Positions 26,212 to 37,959 of a stretch of DNA of 64,000 bases are shown piece by piece (position 1 is the first letter of the stretch; each line of letters opens with the position of its first letter). The notes beneath the pieces were generated by a model. That model did no database searches and was not told the DNA's origin. It saw only the letters and a list, made by a program, of their open reading frames with translations. The position numbers were made by a program, and so were the translations under genes. The stretch covers positions 2,914,001 to 2,978,000 of the forward strand of contig JAUFOQ010000016.1 in the NCBI GenBank assembly GCA_040285855.1, given 5' to 3'. Origin of the DNA: Eukaryota sp. GEM-RC1 (Eukaryota).

Positions 26212-28037
26212 ATGCCCCAGATTAAACACTTCCGACGTGTAGAATCCACCGTTGCAGGTGGAAAACGCATCATATCCCTATCTGATGTTGCGGACGATCT
26301 CTTTTCTTCCTCCAAACGCAAAATAGACCCCTTTGCTGTCAAATTTCGCTCCTTATCTCTTTCCAACTTCGACGATATTGAAGAACTACAGACAAAGAAT
26401 GATTCTAATACTTCACACATGCTCGCTATGGCTTCTCTTGCCGTCGAAGTCCGAACTCAGCTAATGTCACGAATGCGACAGCAACTGATGACCAATACAA
26501 CAGCCGCACTTACATCAATGACATCCCGAAAGAAACGCAAATCCAACTCAACAACATCCATCTCATCTACCTCATCTTCCGTGTCTAAATCAAAAACAGC
26601 CTGCAGATTGTCTCTTCTCTCCATTTCTCCCTCTGCTGTGCTTAAGTTTCTATTAAGTGAAGGAGATGACGTTCCACCAGAGATGAGTCACATGGATCTT
26701 TCAAATCTTGATGTGCAGCCAATTCCTGATGCTCCTTTAGTTTCTGAAAAGGAAGCTCTCGGCCAACTATTGTTTCGAGATGACTTCTTTTCGAACTGCG
26801 ACCGTCAAATCAAAGCACGACATCTGCATCAATTGATGTGATTGATGAGCTGGAGCAAATGGAAATCACGCTACCCAGTTGTAGAAAGTCTACTCAAAAT
26901 GAGATCAATGATTGGATTGGTCGAGATTCTACTATTATTTCCCCTCCAGTATACCTACCCCAACAACAAGAAACACAAGATCTGTTTGTTGACGTGGAAA
27001 TGTTTCAAGAGCAACATCCAGAACCAATGGAACAAGATGTTGATGTAGACCAGACTTTAGAGTCGGTTCAGTTGGACACGTTCAATGATGACGTTTACAG
27101 TCGGAATGTGTTACAGTTTCATTTATCAAATCTTTCTTATTCTGAAGCAGTTGAACCTCAGCAATTACAAGAAGTTGCCAAACCTGTGAGAAAATCTCGA
27201 AAAGAACATCCAAATCAAGTGATGTGATTATTGATTACGGTCAGGTGATTGATCCCTACTTGGAGAACTTTTTTGACGTCATTGATCGAGGTGATCAGTG
27301 TAGCTCTTTGAAACGAAAATCAGCTCGTGATTTACTAAGTAATTCTGTTCCAAAAATCAATTCTGAACCGATTTACTCTTGTGAACACATCGACAAACGA
27401 TTGCGTTTGTTTGGATCTCCAGGAAATCATCTCTGCGTTCAACCACTCTCTGACGTGTTTTGTCGAGTGTTTGGTGATAGCTACATGTCATCACGATCAG
27501 GTTTTCAACGGGAATCTACAGGAAATATTGAAATAGGAAGGTTTGCGCCCATTGAAAACCCTTTTATAACTCCTCCGCCATTGATTGATTTCTCAGCAAG
27601 GTCCAATCTTGAAGAAACAGAAGATATCCCAGCTTCAATAGACCTACTTCCTGATGACGTCATGCAACAATCACATGACGTTGCACAATTCTGATTGCGA
27701 CGAATATCCGCAGCAATCTCGACACGAAATTATTGAGAATGAAATTAGTAAAGCACTTAAAGAACAGAGTCATGGAAATTCTTCGTCACTTAGTATTTCA
27801 GATATTGCAAAATATGCATCACCTAAAGTAGCTAATCATGAGTTTAAAAGTCTACATCAGCAGAAGGAATCGGACAATCACAACATTTGCCTGCAAAAAC
27901 ATTTTGTTTCAATGTTGCACATTGCACACGTTACGAATACTGCTAATGAGGCACCTTTTGGATGTTCTGAATTGATGGGAAAACAAATTCGCCTCCGTTT
28001 GAGTGATGGTACTATTTGGTATGATATTGCACAATAA
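26212..28037 (+). CDS. Kleisin-like protein (Rad21/Rec8 or condensin CAP-H/H2 type); 3 apparent frameshifts
   Basis: Four consecutive overlapping ORFs. Helical N-terminus, low-complexity middle with RK.RKR...VIID, and C-terminal FVSMLHIA...IRL resembling a kleisin winged helix. Subfamily not resolved. Confidence 0.45.
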
Positions 28038-28291
28038 CATTACCCTCTGATCTTTTTGAAATATTTTAAATTTGGATAATGTAAATTACTCTAGAAAAAC
28101 TAAACCCTTGTACCATCTCATAATCATGAATCAATCTTAAGAGATGCGTCGAAATACCAGAATTTTGCTCTTAAAAAGGAAAAAGACAACATATTGAAAC
28201 AGTGAAAACCCCGTCACACATTTTAAAAAATAATAATCATTTATCAAAATACATTTCTCTAAACTTCATACAGTCTATTTTACAAAACACT

Positions 28292-29353
28292 CTACAACGT
28301 CATCTCACCAATTTCGATATGAATTCCCTTCATTTGCTCAACCATTTCCTTAACACTATCAACATTTAAATTACAACTAACCTCAGCAGCCGCCATAGCT
28401 TCTTCCAAGTCATTCCTACCTAATAAATCAGCCAACGCTTCCTTATTCCCAGCATAAAAGTTCAACAAAACAATTTCTGAGGGATCGTCACTCTTAGCTT
28501 GAAGTAAATCTCTAGATGAATCAATCTCATTCATTCTGGACTCAACTCGTGATGAGTGGTCATCAAGAATGTTCATTTGTTCAGAGGAGAACTCGTGAAC
28601 TTGGTCGAGGAGTTCAGCTTCTTTCTTGTCAATCAAAGAACGTAATTCATCGAATTTAGTTTTGATAGTGGATAGAACGTCATCGGATTTCGTTTTGAGC
28701 TCTTTCTTGACTCTGTCGACACCAGAGTAGCAATCAGCGAGAATGGCAAGTTTCTTTCGCAGGTCATCAATCAACGAGTCTACTTTCTTCAATACAATAG
28801 GGTGAGACTTTGCTAACTTTTGAACCTGATGCCCTTTATGAACCCCAAACAAAGCACAGTCAGAACAAAAACATTCAGACTCGCAATCAAGACAGAAATA
28901 CGCAACAGTTTCATCAGGATGATTGGGACAGGCAAGTGGACGCGTATCACTACCAGTGAGGGGAATTCGGTTGTGACGGGACATGAGAGGGTTAGAGGAA
29001 GGGTGAATGAGATTATCACAGGCTAGACAAAGGCAACCGTTACAGCGCTCACAGAATACTGCGGCGTAGTCCTTGGAACAGGACTCACAAATGACATCAC
29101 CGCTGTGGGACAACATTGGCTGGTCATTGGGGCGGTGTTGGGATTTGGAGGATGGTGGAGATCTAAACGGTGGAGAGAGTGAGCTTCTGACACTAGAGGG
29201 AGTGTAGGGTTTTCGAGAAGCGGGTGATGGAAGAGTTGATGAAGCTTGTCTGATGAAGTCATCCACAGACAAATCAGAAGCTATGGAGTTCTCCATGGCT
29301 AAATCAGCCTCCAAGCGTTTTTCAAGAGCAAGAAATTCATCAAGTGATGCCAT
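28292..29353 (-). CDS. Tandem B-box zinc finger + coiled-coil protein (TRIM-like, no RING)
   Basis: CESC...FCERC..CLCLACD..IH......HNR and CPNH...YFCLDC..CFCSDC...HKGH, followed by heptad-rich helix. Confidence 0.92.
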   Translation of the reverse strand: MASLDEFLALEKRLEADLAMENSIASDLSVDDFIRQASSTLPSPASRKPYTPSSVRSSLSPPFRSPPSSKSQHRPNDQPMLSHSGDVICESCSKDYAAVFCERCNGCLCLACDNLIHPSSNPLMSRHNRIPLTGSDTRPLACPNHPDETVAYFCLDCESECFCSDCALFGVHKGHQVQKLAKSHPIVLKKVDSLIDDLRKKLAILADCYSGVDRVKKELKTKSDDVLSTIKTKFDELRSLIDKKEAELLDQVHEFSSEQMNILDDHSSRVESRMNEIDSSRDLLQAKSDDPSEIVLLNFYAGNKEALADLLGRNDLEEAMAAAEVSCNLNVDSVKEMVEQMKGIHIEIGEMTL

Positions 29354-29529
29354 TGGATAAGTTGGATTTTTAGGCAACTCACCAAACTCCTTCTGAGTAA
29401 TCTCACTTAGACTAATTTTAACGCAAATTCTGATCATCAGTTTTAGAATTAGTCTCACTGAGACTACTACAGGTAGTAATTATCTGGTGTGACTGATTAT
29501 AAGATTACTTTATCTTTGTTTGTTGTTAG

Positions 29530-31415
29530 TATTTTCCACTTGAATTTATATCGAAAAGTGTTTCGTTATAGGAAAAAAATTTAAAATTTTCACAATTCAT
29601 TCAAATGAAGTCCCCTTTATTAATTATTCTTCTTCAAGTTTCAGATTTTTTGGTTGTTGTTTGTTTGGTAAAAAGAGGATATTGTCAAAAATCTTGATGA
29701 TTACTTGATTTTGATTCAACAAGAGTTGGATAAGATTAAAGTTCTTGAAACTGAAAAACACTTGAAATTCTTCATGCTCAAAATTTGTTATTCTGGTAAA
29801 TTTACTCATCTTTTAAGGTCCCTTACTCCTGAGTTATCGTATGATTTCTGCAGAGCTTTTTACAAAATTCGCACAGACTTTCTTTCATTTCTTCTTCAAG
29901 TCAACCCCAACATTTTAAATAACCACACATTTTCCAGTGCACATCGTGGAGGTTTGGGATTAACATCTTCTAAGTGATGGACTAAAGCAACATTCAATGG
30001 TGACGGAAAGAATCTTGTAAATGAGTTTTGTAATCGATATCCATCAAGAACTTGTGTTCTGGAAAGTACTTACAGCTTTTATATTGATCATTTCCGTGGT
30101 GAAATAGAAAAACTTTCTCCTGAGTTATGGTGATCTTGCTTTCCTGTCTAGGTTGATGTCAAAGAAATTCCATTTCGAAACATTTCTGGATTTATTTCTT
30201 AAATTCAGCGTTATGTGCCATAATGCCATACGGCCATACGACTATGTGCGTATGGCATTTTCTGCCATAAAGATCCTTAATTTTCTGTGACATGTCTATA
30301 TTCATAAGTTACAACTAAATCCATACAAATGTAATCCAATCATCCGATATCATTCAATAAAAGTTTCCAGTACAGTAGCTAAGATCTGGAGGTGATCTAA
30401 TTTGTTTAGAGCAAAACAATTGATCATGAAAGAATGGATGACTTCTGTCTGAAAAGTCTCGGATACATCAAAAAGCATCGTATTTAGCTGTTGAATAAAA
30501 GTGATGTACAATTTGGTGTTGGGTAAACACATAACTCATTAAAACACTTCAAAAACACGCCAGACAGGCCATCAGCCATACGGCCATATTCGTATGGCCC
30601 GTATGGCAGTCGAAAAATTGCATTATGGTATAACGCTGCTTGAATTCCTAAGGTGTTTGGATTACATCTATCTGATAAAGCTTGGATTATCAATATACGC
30701 CATAGTTTGGCTATTTGGCCTGCAAATGTATTGAACTATTCAACTTGCTCTTGTGGAGCTAATAGTGTTTTTCGTCAATTAATTAATTGTCGTTATTTTA
30801 TTCATCTACGTACATTAATTCATGATGGTGTTCGTGATTCTTGTTATTCCATGTTTAAAGCACATGGTTTTCACTCTAAAGTTGCTCCAGTTTTGAATCA
30901 TCTTTCAGAAAATGAATATACTGATCAAAAAAGAGGGGACATTCATACTCCTTGGCTTAAACCGAGTCAATCATTAATGGATTTTACTACAATAGATGTT
31001 TGTCACAAATCTCTGTTAGTAGGAGATTAGATTCTTCTTTCAATCCATTAACAGCAGCTTAAAAGCTCAAACACTCCAAGTATGACTCTCAAGTAGAAGA
31101 ATTAAATAGAAACTCATATTCCAAATTTGTGTTTCAACCTTTTGCTGTTTCTCTTTTTGGTTCTATCAGTTCTGCTGGTGATCAATTTTTCAAGGATATC
31201 GAAGAACTGTGTAAATATATCGGAATATGCCTTTCTATTTCTCTCGTTTAATTGAGAAATTGTACAAGTTTGGTGTGAAAGTTAATGTTGAAAAACGTAA
31301 TCTTTTAACGGGTGGTGATGAAGTTGTTTGAATTTAATCTTAGTATTACATGTTTTTGTTTGTTTTTACAATTTTATAGCTTTGTAGGAATGTTTCCTTA
31401 TTGGGTACCGTATAT
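29530..31415 (+). mobile_element. Degenerate RLE-type non-LTR retrotransposon (family A), interrupted by a TIR element
   Basis: RT thumb region (GGLG), CSCG..H.INC zinc knuckle, HDGVRD, KRGD..D, K.SKY and PFAVS.FG. Ends in the shared tail ...ccttattgggtaccg. Confidence 0.85.
30206..30638. mobile_element. hAT-like MITE inserted in the retroelement
   Basis: Ends CAGCGTTAT..GCCATAATGC / GCATTATGGTATAACGCTG. TSD cttaaatt / cttgaatt. Subterminal gccatacg repeats. The empty site is visible in the copy at ~42375-42400. Confidence 0.85.
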
Positions 31416-31874
31416 AGTACTGTAGTAGGTAGAATAAATGGAACTTGAGTTTATGATCATACTAGTAAACAACAAACAAGAAACCAAATACACAAACGAT
31501 TTACACAGTTTAAACAAATAGTTATTGTAATAATTTGGGGCCGGCTTATAAGCTGGCCGGCCAGAAGGGAATGAGTGGGCCGAAAGTAAAAAGTGTGCCG
31601 CCATCCCTACTTGAAATCAAACATTGTGCAAAATGTATTCTCTAATCGAAAGTTCTGTCAATAATTTTTTTATTTAATCCAGGGAATCATCACTGTGATG
31701 CCGGTCTACTTCTGAAACTACATCTTCCGTTTCTCAATAAATTTTTAAAATGGACAACTTAACACCATTGAGAGGTAAATTAACCAGAGTACATTAGAAT
31801 GAATAAATAAACACCAGGACGATACATTCCACAAGGATTTCGAACTGGTTCAAAAGTGACGTCATCATAGAGAA

Positions 31875-33093
31875 TTACTTAGAAACCAACGAAACATCAA
31901 TAAACTTGTGACTGTCAGAAACTACAACACTGACTGACTTTGGATCGTAGCCAGATAATTGGAAACTTAGCTCATATTCACCATTTTCAAGGGGTTCAAG
32001 TTCAAACAAACCATCGTTATCAGTATAAACTTCCTTCAACTTATCACCAAAAACAAGAACACCTGAAAGAGGAACTGAATCGCTAGTAACTAATCCTGAT
32101 AAAAGGAAAGTTGTAGGAGATGATGAACGCAAGAAAAAGAATAGTAGAAAAGCTAAGATAACGAGAACAAAACAAGATAAACCAATGGCAAAATTACGTT
32201 GAGTCCCAATGAAACTCCAGTTGTCCGTAACTTTAGTAATCCATGGTGACGTGGGTTCTGGTAAGGGATCACTACCAGTCAAAAGTATAACGTCATCTTT
32301 AAGATCACTTTTTGTTTGGCAGTTCAACTCCTTAACAAGTTTCTCCAATTCAAGTGTAGGAGGAGCATCGAAAACAGAAGAGAGATTGAACTGAAGAAGA
32401 GTGGGATTCTGGTGAAACACGTGATCAGAAGTAACAAAGGTTTTATCAGAGGGGTCAATGGTGATGAGTGGATGATGAATATCACTAATGAGACAAGCTT
32501 GTACTTTAATGGTAGTATCAGTGGATTGCTTAGAGATTTTCTGAATGAGTAGTGAAAGCTGTTCCCATGGATCTTGGGGAATGACATGACCTAAAGAGCG
32601 CAGGTGATCACGGTAAGCATTGACTAGCTCTTTAAGTTGTTCAGCATCGAGTGCAGAACGATCATCGGTAATAGTGGAGAGTTCCCGAGGAGGAACCTCC
32701 AGCACTGCAGTTGCAAAGGTCTCAAGGAAAAGACGATAACATTGATGAGCAAAAACAGGATTTGTGGTATCGGCAAGCTTTTCAACAACTTCGTCGTTAA
32801 GGCCAATATTCAGAACTGAGGTGAGATCAAAACCAATACAAAACATACCTATCGCATTGCTAATGGTAGTATCACATTCCTTCTGGACAGCAAGAAAGAG
32901 TGGGTTCTCGGACGAGCCGAACTTTAAACCTGTCGTACTTTCTAGCTCTTGAATCAGTTTAAACGAATCATGATTCGTGCTGGCCGCCAGAGAAAGAGTT
33001 GAGGGGAAAGAGTTATCCTGCAATAAGACAAAACGTGATAGTAGATACCTGTAACTCGTAAGTGAATCCAGGAAGTTGGAGGTTGTTTAGCAT
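31875..33093 (-). CDS. Degenerate PPDK N-terminal fragment + TM helix + CarboxypepD_reg-like domain, copy 1 (exons 33049-33093, 31875-33017; 31-nt intron)
   Basis: LPGFT, ELESTTGLKFGSSENPL, VLNIGLNDEVVE.LA, FAHQCYRLF and IPQDPWEQL match pyruvate phosphate dikinase. Then a TM segment and SGLVT...PLSGV.V...TDNDGLF.L..L..GEYEL.F...GY. Confidence 0.85.
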
Positions 33094-33369
33094 ACTAGTA
33101 TAGTATAGTATTCATTACAGATCCAATTTGATCGGAGTTAGTCTGGAAATAGGAATTCAGTTTCTCTTTTCGAGAAACACAAGTTTACAGACAAACTGAA
33201 TGTTCAATAATGACTTACGAGCTCAAATAGTACAGCAATTGAAGTGGTGCACATTAGCAGTGTCTCTCATAAATAAATATTAATTATATTTATTAAAAAA
33301 CGCCTTTAATTTTCTAAAGTTACGTCACTTTGATGAATGTTTGTTCTTCATCTTGTTAGTGAAATACGT

Positions 33370-33865
33370 TGGACCAAAAAGAAGTGATCTCCATAATCCG
33401 TGGCTTAAATCGAGTCAATTATTAATGGATTTTACTACAGTAAATGTTTGTAACAACTCTTGTGTTAGTAGGATATTAGATTCTTCTTTTAATTTTTCAA
33501 CAGCTGCTGAAAAGCTCAAACACTCCAAGTATGACTCTCAAGTAGAAGAATTAAATAGAAACTCATATTCCAAAATTTATGTTTCAACCTTTTGCTGTTT
33601 CTCTTTTTGGTTCTATCAGTTCTGCTGGTGATCAATTTTTCAAGGATATCGAAGAACTGTGTAAATATATCGGAATATGCCTTTCTATTTCTCTCGTTTA
33701 ATTGAGAAATTGTACAAGTTTGGTGTGAAAGTTAATGTTGAAAAACGTAATCTTTTAACGGGTGGTGATGAAGTTGTTTGAATTTAATCTTAGTATTACA
33801 TGTTTTTGTTTGTTTTTACAATTTTATAGCTTTGTAGGAATGTTTCCTTATTGGGTACCGTATAT
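33370..33865 (+). mobile_element. Chimeric family A retroelement 3' fragment at the duplication junction
   Basis: The 5' part equals 35820-35960. The 3' part equals 31060-31415, including a diagnostic internal deletion. Confidence 0.85.
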
Positions 33866-34324
33866 AGTACTGTAGTAGGTAGAATAAATGGAACTTGAGT
33901 TTATGATCATACTAGTAAACAACAAACAAGAAACCAAATACACAAACGATTTACACAGTTTAAACAAATAGTTATTGTAATAATTTGGGGCCGGCTTATA
34001 AGCTGGCCGGCCAGAAGGGAATGAGTGGGCCGAAAGTAAAAAGTGTGCCGCCATCCCTACTTGAAATCAAACATTGTGCAAAATGTATTCTCTAATCGAA
34101 AGTTCTGTCAATAATTTTTTTATTTAATCCAGGGAATCATCACTGTGATGCCGGTCTACTTCTGAAACTACATCTTCCGTTTCTCAATAAATTTTTAAAA
34201 TGGACAACTTAACACCATTGAGAGGTAAATTAACCAGAGTACATTAGAATGAATAAATAAACACCAGGACGATACATTCCACAAGGATTTCGAACTGGTT
34301 CAAAAGTGACGTCATCATAGAGAA

Positions 34325-35543
34325 TTACTTAGAAACCAACGAAACATCAATAAACTTGTGACTGTCAGAAACTACAACACTGACTGACTTTGGATCGTAG
34401 CCAGATAATTGGAAACTTAGCTCATATTCACCATTTTCAAGGGGTTCAAGTTCAAACAAACCATCGTTATCAGTATAAACTTCCTTCAACTTATCACCAA
34501 AAACAAGAACACCTGAAAGAGGAACTGAATCGCTAGTAACTAATCCTGATAAAAGGAAAGTTGGAGGAGATGATGAACGCAAGAAAAAGAATAGTAGAAA
34601 AGCTAAGATAACGAGAACAAAACAAGATAAACCAATGGCAAAATTACGTTGAGTCCCAATGAAACTCCAGTTGTCCGTAACTTTAGTAATCCATGGTGAC
34701 GTGGGTTCTGGTAAGGGATCACTACCAGTCAAAAGTATAACGTCATCTTTAAGATCACTTTTTGTTTGGCAGTTCAACTCCTTAACAAGTTTCTCCAATT
34801 CAAGTGTAGGAGGAGCATCGAAAACAGAAGAGAGATTGAACTGAAGAAGAGTGGGATTCTGGTGAAACACGTGATCAGAAGTAACAAAGGTTTTATCAGA
34901 GGGGTCAATGGTGATGAGTGGATGATGAATATCACTAATGAGACAAGCTTGTACTTTAATGGTAGTATCAGTGGATTGCTTAGAGATTTTCTGAATGAGT
35001 AGTGAAAGCTGTTCCCATGGATCTTGGGGAATGACATGACCTAAAGAGCGCAGGTGATCACGGTAAGCATTGACTAGCTCTTTAAGTTGTTCAGCATCGA
35101 GTGCAGAACGATCATCGGTAATAGTGGAGAGTTCCCGAGGAGGAACCTCCAGCACTGCAGTTGCAAAGGTCTCAAGGAAAAGACGATAACATTGATGAGC
35201 AAAAACAGGATTTGTGGTATCGGCAAGCTTTTCAACAACTTCGTCGTTAAGGCCAATATTCAGAACTGAGGTGAGATCAAAACCAATACAAAACATACCT
35301 ATCGCATTGCTAATGGTAGTATCACATTCCTTCTGGACAGCAAGAAAGAGTGGGTTCTCGGACGAGCCGAACTTTAAACCTGTCGTACTTTCTAGCTCTT
35401 GAATCAGTTTAAACGAATCATGATTCGTGCTGGCCGCCAGAGAAAGAGTTGAGGGGAAAGAGTTATCCTGCAATAAGACAAAACGTGATAGTAGATACCT
35501 GTAACTCGTAAGTGAATCCAGGAAGTTGGAGGTTGTTTAGCAT
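34325..35543 (-). CDS. PPDK-fragment/TM/CarboxypepD_reg fusion, copy 2 (intron 35468-35498)
   Basis: Offset 2450 from copy 1. One visible amino-acid difference (SSSPT vs SSSPP). Confidence 0.85.
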
Positions 35544-35819
35544 ACTAGTATAGTATAGTATTCATTACAGATCCAATTTGATCGGAGTTAGTCTGGAAAT
35601 AGGAATTCAGTTTCTCTTTTCGAGAAACACAAGTTTACAGACAAACTGAATGTTCAATAATGACTTACGAGCTCAAATAGTACAGCAATTGAAGTGGTGC
35701 ACATTAGCAGTGTCTCTCATAAATAAATATTAATTATATTTATTAAAAAACGCCTTTAATTTTCTAAAGTTACGTCACTTTGATGAATGTTTGTTCTTCA
35801 TCTTGTTAGTGAAATACGT

Positions 35820-36366
35820 TGGACCAAAAAGAAGTGATCTCCATAATCCGTGGCTTAAATCGAGTCAATTATTAATGGATTTTACTACAGTAAATGTTTG
35901 TAACAACTCTTGTGTTAGTAGGATATTAGATTCTTCTTTTAATTTTTCAACAGCTGCTGAAAGGCTCAAAAAAACCAAGTATGACTCTCACATAGAAGAA
36001 TTAAATCGAAACTCATATTCCAAATTTGTGTTTCAACCTTTTGTTGTTTCTCTTTTTGGGTCGATTAGTCCTGCTGGTGATCAATTTTTCAAAGATTTCG
36101 AAGAACTGTGTAAAGAAAAGAAGCGCAAGTTTAGGATGGCTGAATGGAAAAACCGTATAGTGTTTTCCATATATCGGAATATGCATGTCTATTTTTCTCT
36201 CGATTAATTGAGAAATTGTACAAGTTTTGTGTGAATGTTAATGTTGAAAAACGTAATTTTTTACCGGATGGTGATGAAGGCGTTTGGATTTAATCTTAGT
36301 GTTATTTGTTTGATTTTACAATTTCACAGTTATGTAGGAATGTTACCTTATTGGGTACCGAATAAA
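35820..36366 (+). mobile_element. 5'-truncated family A retroelement (RLE C-terminus + 3' tail)
   Basis: KRSD...MDFTTVNV...K.TKY...QPFVVSLFG...WKNRIVFSIYR, ending ccttattgggtaccgaataaa. Confidence 0.85.
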
Positions 36367-36799
36367 GTTTTAGATAAATATTGGTTAGTTCTATTTAGTT
36401 TCTATCTGTCAATAATGAGACAATCATAGCTCTAGGACTTTTAATGAAACATCAAATGTTCCTCAGACTCGTCATCGTCCTAAAGGAGCCAAATAGATGT
36501 TGTAGTGAATGCAACTCTGATTGAGGATACTTATGTGCAGTAATGCCGATTGCACAACAACAGCATAAATTGAGTTTCCGTTGTATTAGGGATGACAAAT
36601 CGTGTCGAGTACAGATTTGAAAAGTAGTGGGTAACAATTTCCTTATGTTCAGACATAAAGAAGACTCAGAAAGAATTGTACTGTCCTCAGCAACATCCAA
36701 TCGATCACTTTACAGTGTAATTCTTCCATCACAACCAGGCCCTCTCTTACGATAATTTAAAATAATTTAAACGTCAAAAGGTGCCACAAATAATTATAA

Positions 36800-37590
36800 T
36801 TACAACAAAATAAAACACAAATTTAAAGATCATGAATGGCTTGTTAACATGAGACTTCGTTTAGGTTTTTGGCCATTTGGTTTGTTACAGAACAGCACGT
36901 GTATCTGTAAAAAAAATTGGGCTAGCTTTCATCATTTGGTCAATTGTTCAAAGTTCATATATCGTCGTTCAATTTTGCACAACAGTCTTCGAGATACATG
37001 TTTGGAAATGTTTAAGGCGAATGGTATCCATGGCATAGTCGAACCATTACTTTCTCATCTTTCAGATCACTTTGATTCTACTCAGAAACGTGGTGATTTT
37101 ATTGGCCCTTGGTTGTCATGCCAAGAAATTGTTGTTGATTTTACGACCGTTGATCCTTGCAATGCTTCAGCTATTGCCAACATTTTACTTCAAATGATCC
37201 GCTGAAAGACGCTGAGAACGCCAAAGTGTCTAAGTACGGACATCAAGTTGCTGCATTGAATTCACCAAGACACAATATTATCGTCTTTCAGCCTTTTGCA
37301 GTTTCATTGTACGGAAATTTCGGTTCTTCTACCAAAGAGTTTTTAAATTTATTTGAAAATTTGTGTTCAGAATTTGGCAAGAAGTTTAAAAGATCGTACT
37401 GGAAGAGTAAATTTGCTTTTTCGATTTTTAGGTCTATGTATAGATATGTTGATTCCATTTTGTCCAAGTTGTTTGGAGGCAACTACTGTTCGGAATTAGG
37501 TTGTTCGTGTGATCATTTGTTTTAATAGTCCATATCTATTTGTTGTTTTCTTGTTGTGTGTTTTTCTCCACACATAAATCCGTTTTTAAA
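36800..37590 (+). mobile_element. 5'-truncated family B RLE retroelement
   Basis: MRLRLG.WP, CICK..H.VNC, HNSLRD, KRGD, VVDFTTVD, K.SKY and PFAVSLYG, with one frameshift. Confidence 0.88.
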
Positions 37591-37959
37591 CACAAATAGA
37601 AACAAACTATTATAGTATATTTCATAGTTCAAGTCATGGTAAGAAAACACCACATTCATCAACGTCTACTAATCCGTTTCAGGGAGTGTTGACAGTTTCT
37701 GAAAAGAGACCATTTTTTCGGTTATATTGATGTTGGTGACAGGACCTTTTGAGACGCGTTCATTTGATTGTGATCTAAAAGAGAGAGTTGCACTTGGTTT
37801 GAGAATACCGGATCTCAAGTGTATTGATTTGTTACTTGTTTGTTTTTACAATTTCATAGTTTTGTAGGAAGGTTACCTTATTGGGTGCCGAATAAAGTTT
37901 TCTCAGTGTATGGATAAAGGAAAAACATTTTATTTATATTTATATTTATTTTGTCCTGG

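Larger units (their letters stand above)
31060..35960. repeat. Near-perfect direct tandem duplication, unit ~2450 bp
   Basis: All ORFs in 31398-33023 recur at +2450. The breakpoints fall within retroelement sequence. Confidence 0.95.

Noticed and set aside
14745..28037. Stop-codon reassignment or tiny introns as the cause of split ORFs
   Set aside because: The breaks change frame rather than read through, and TAA, TAG and TGA all end genes. At the sites I tried, no GT-AG intron restored the frame.
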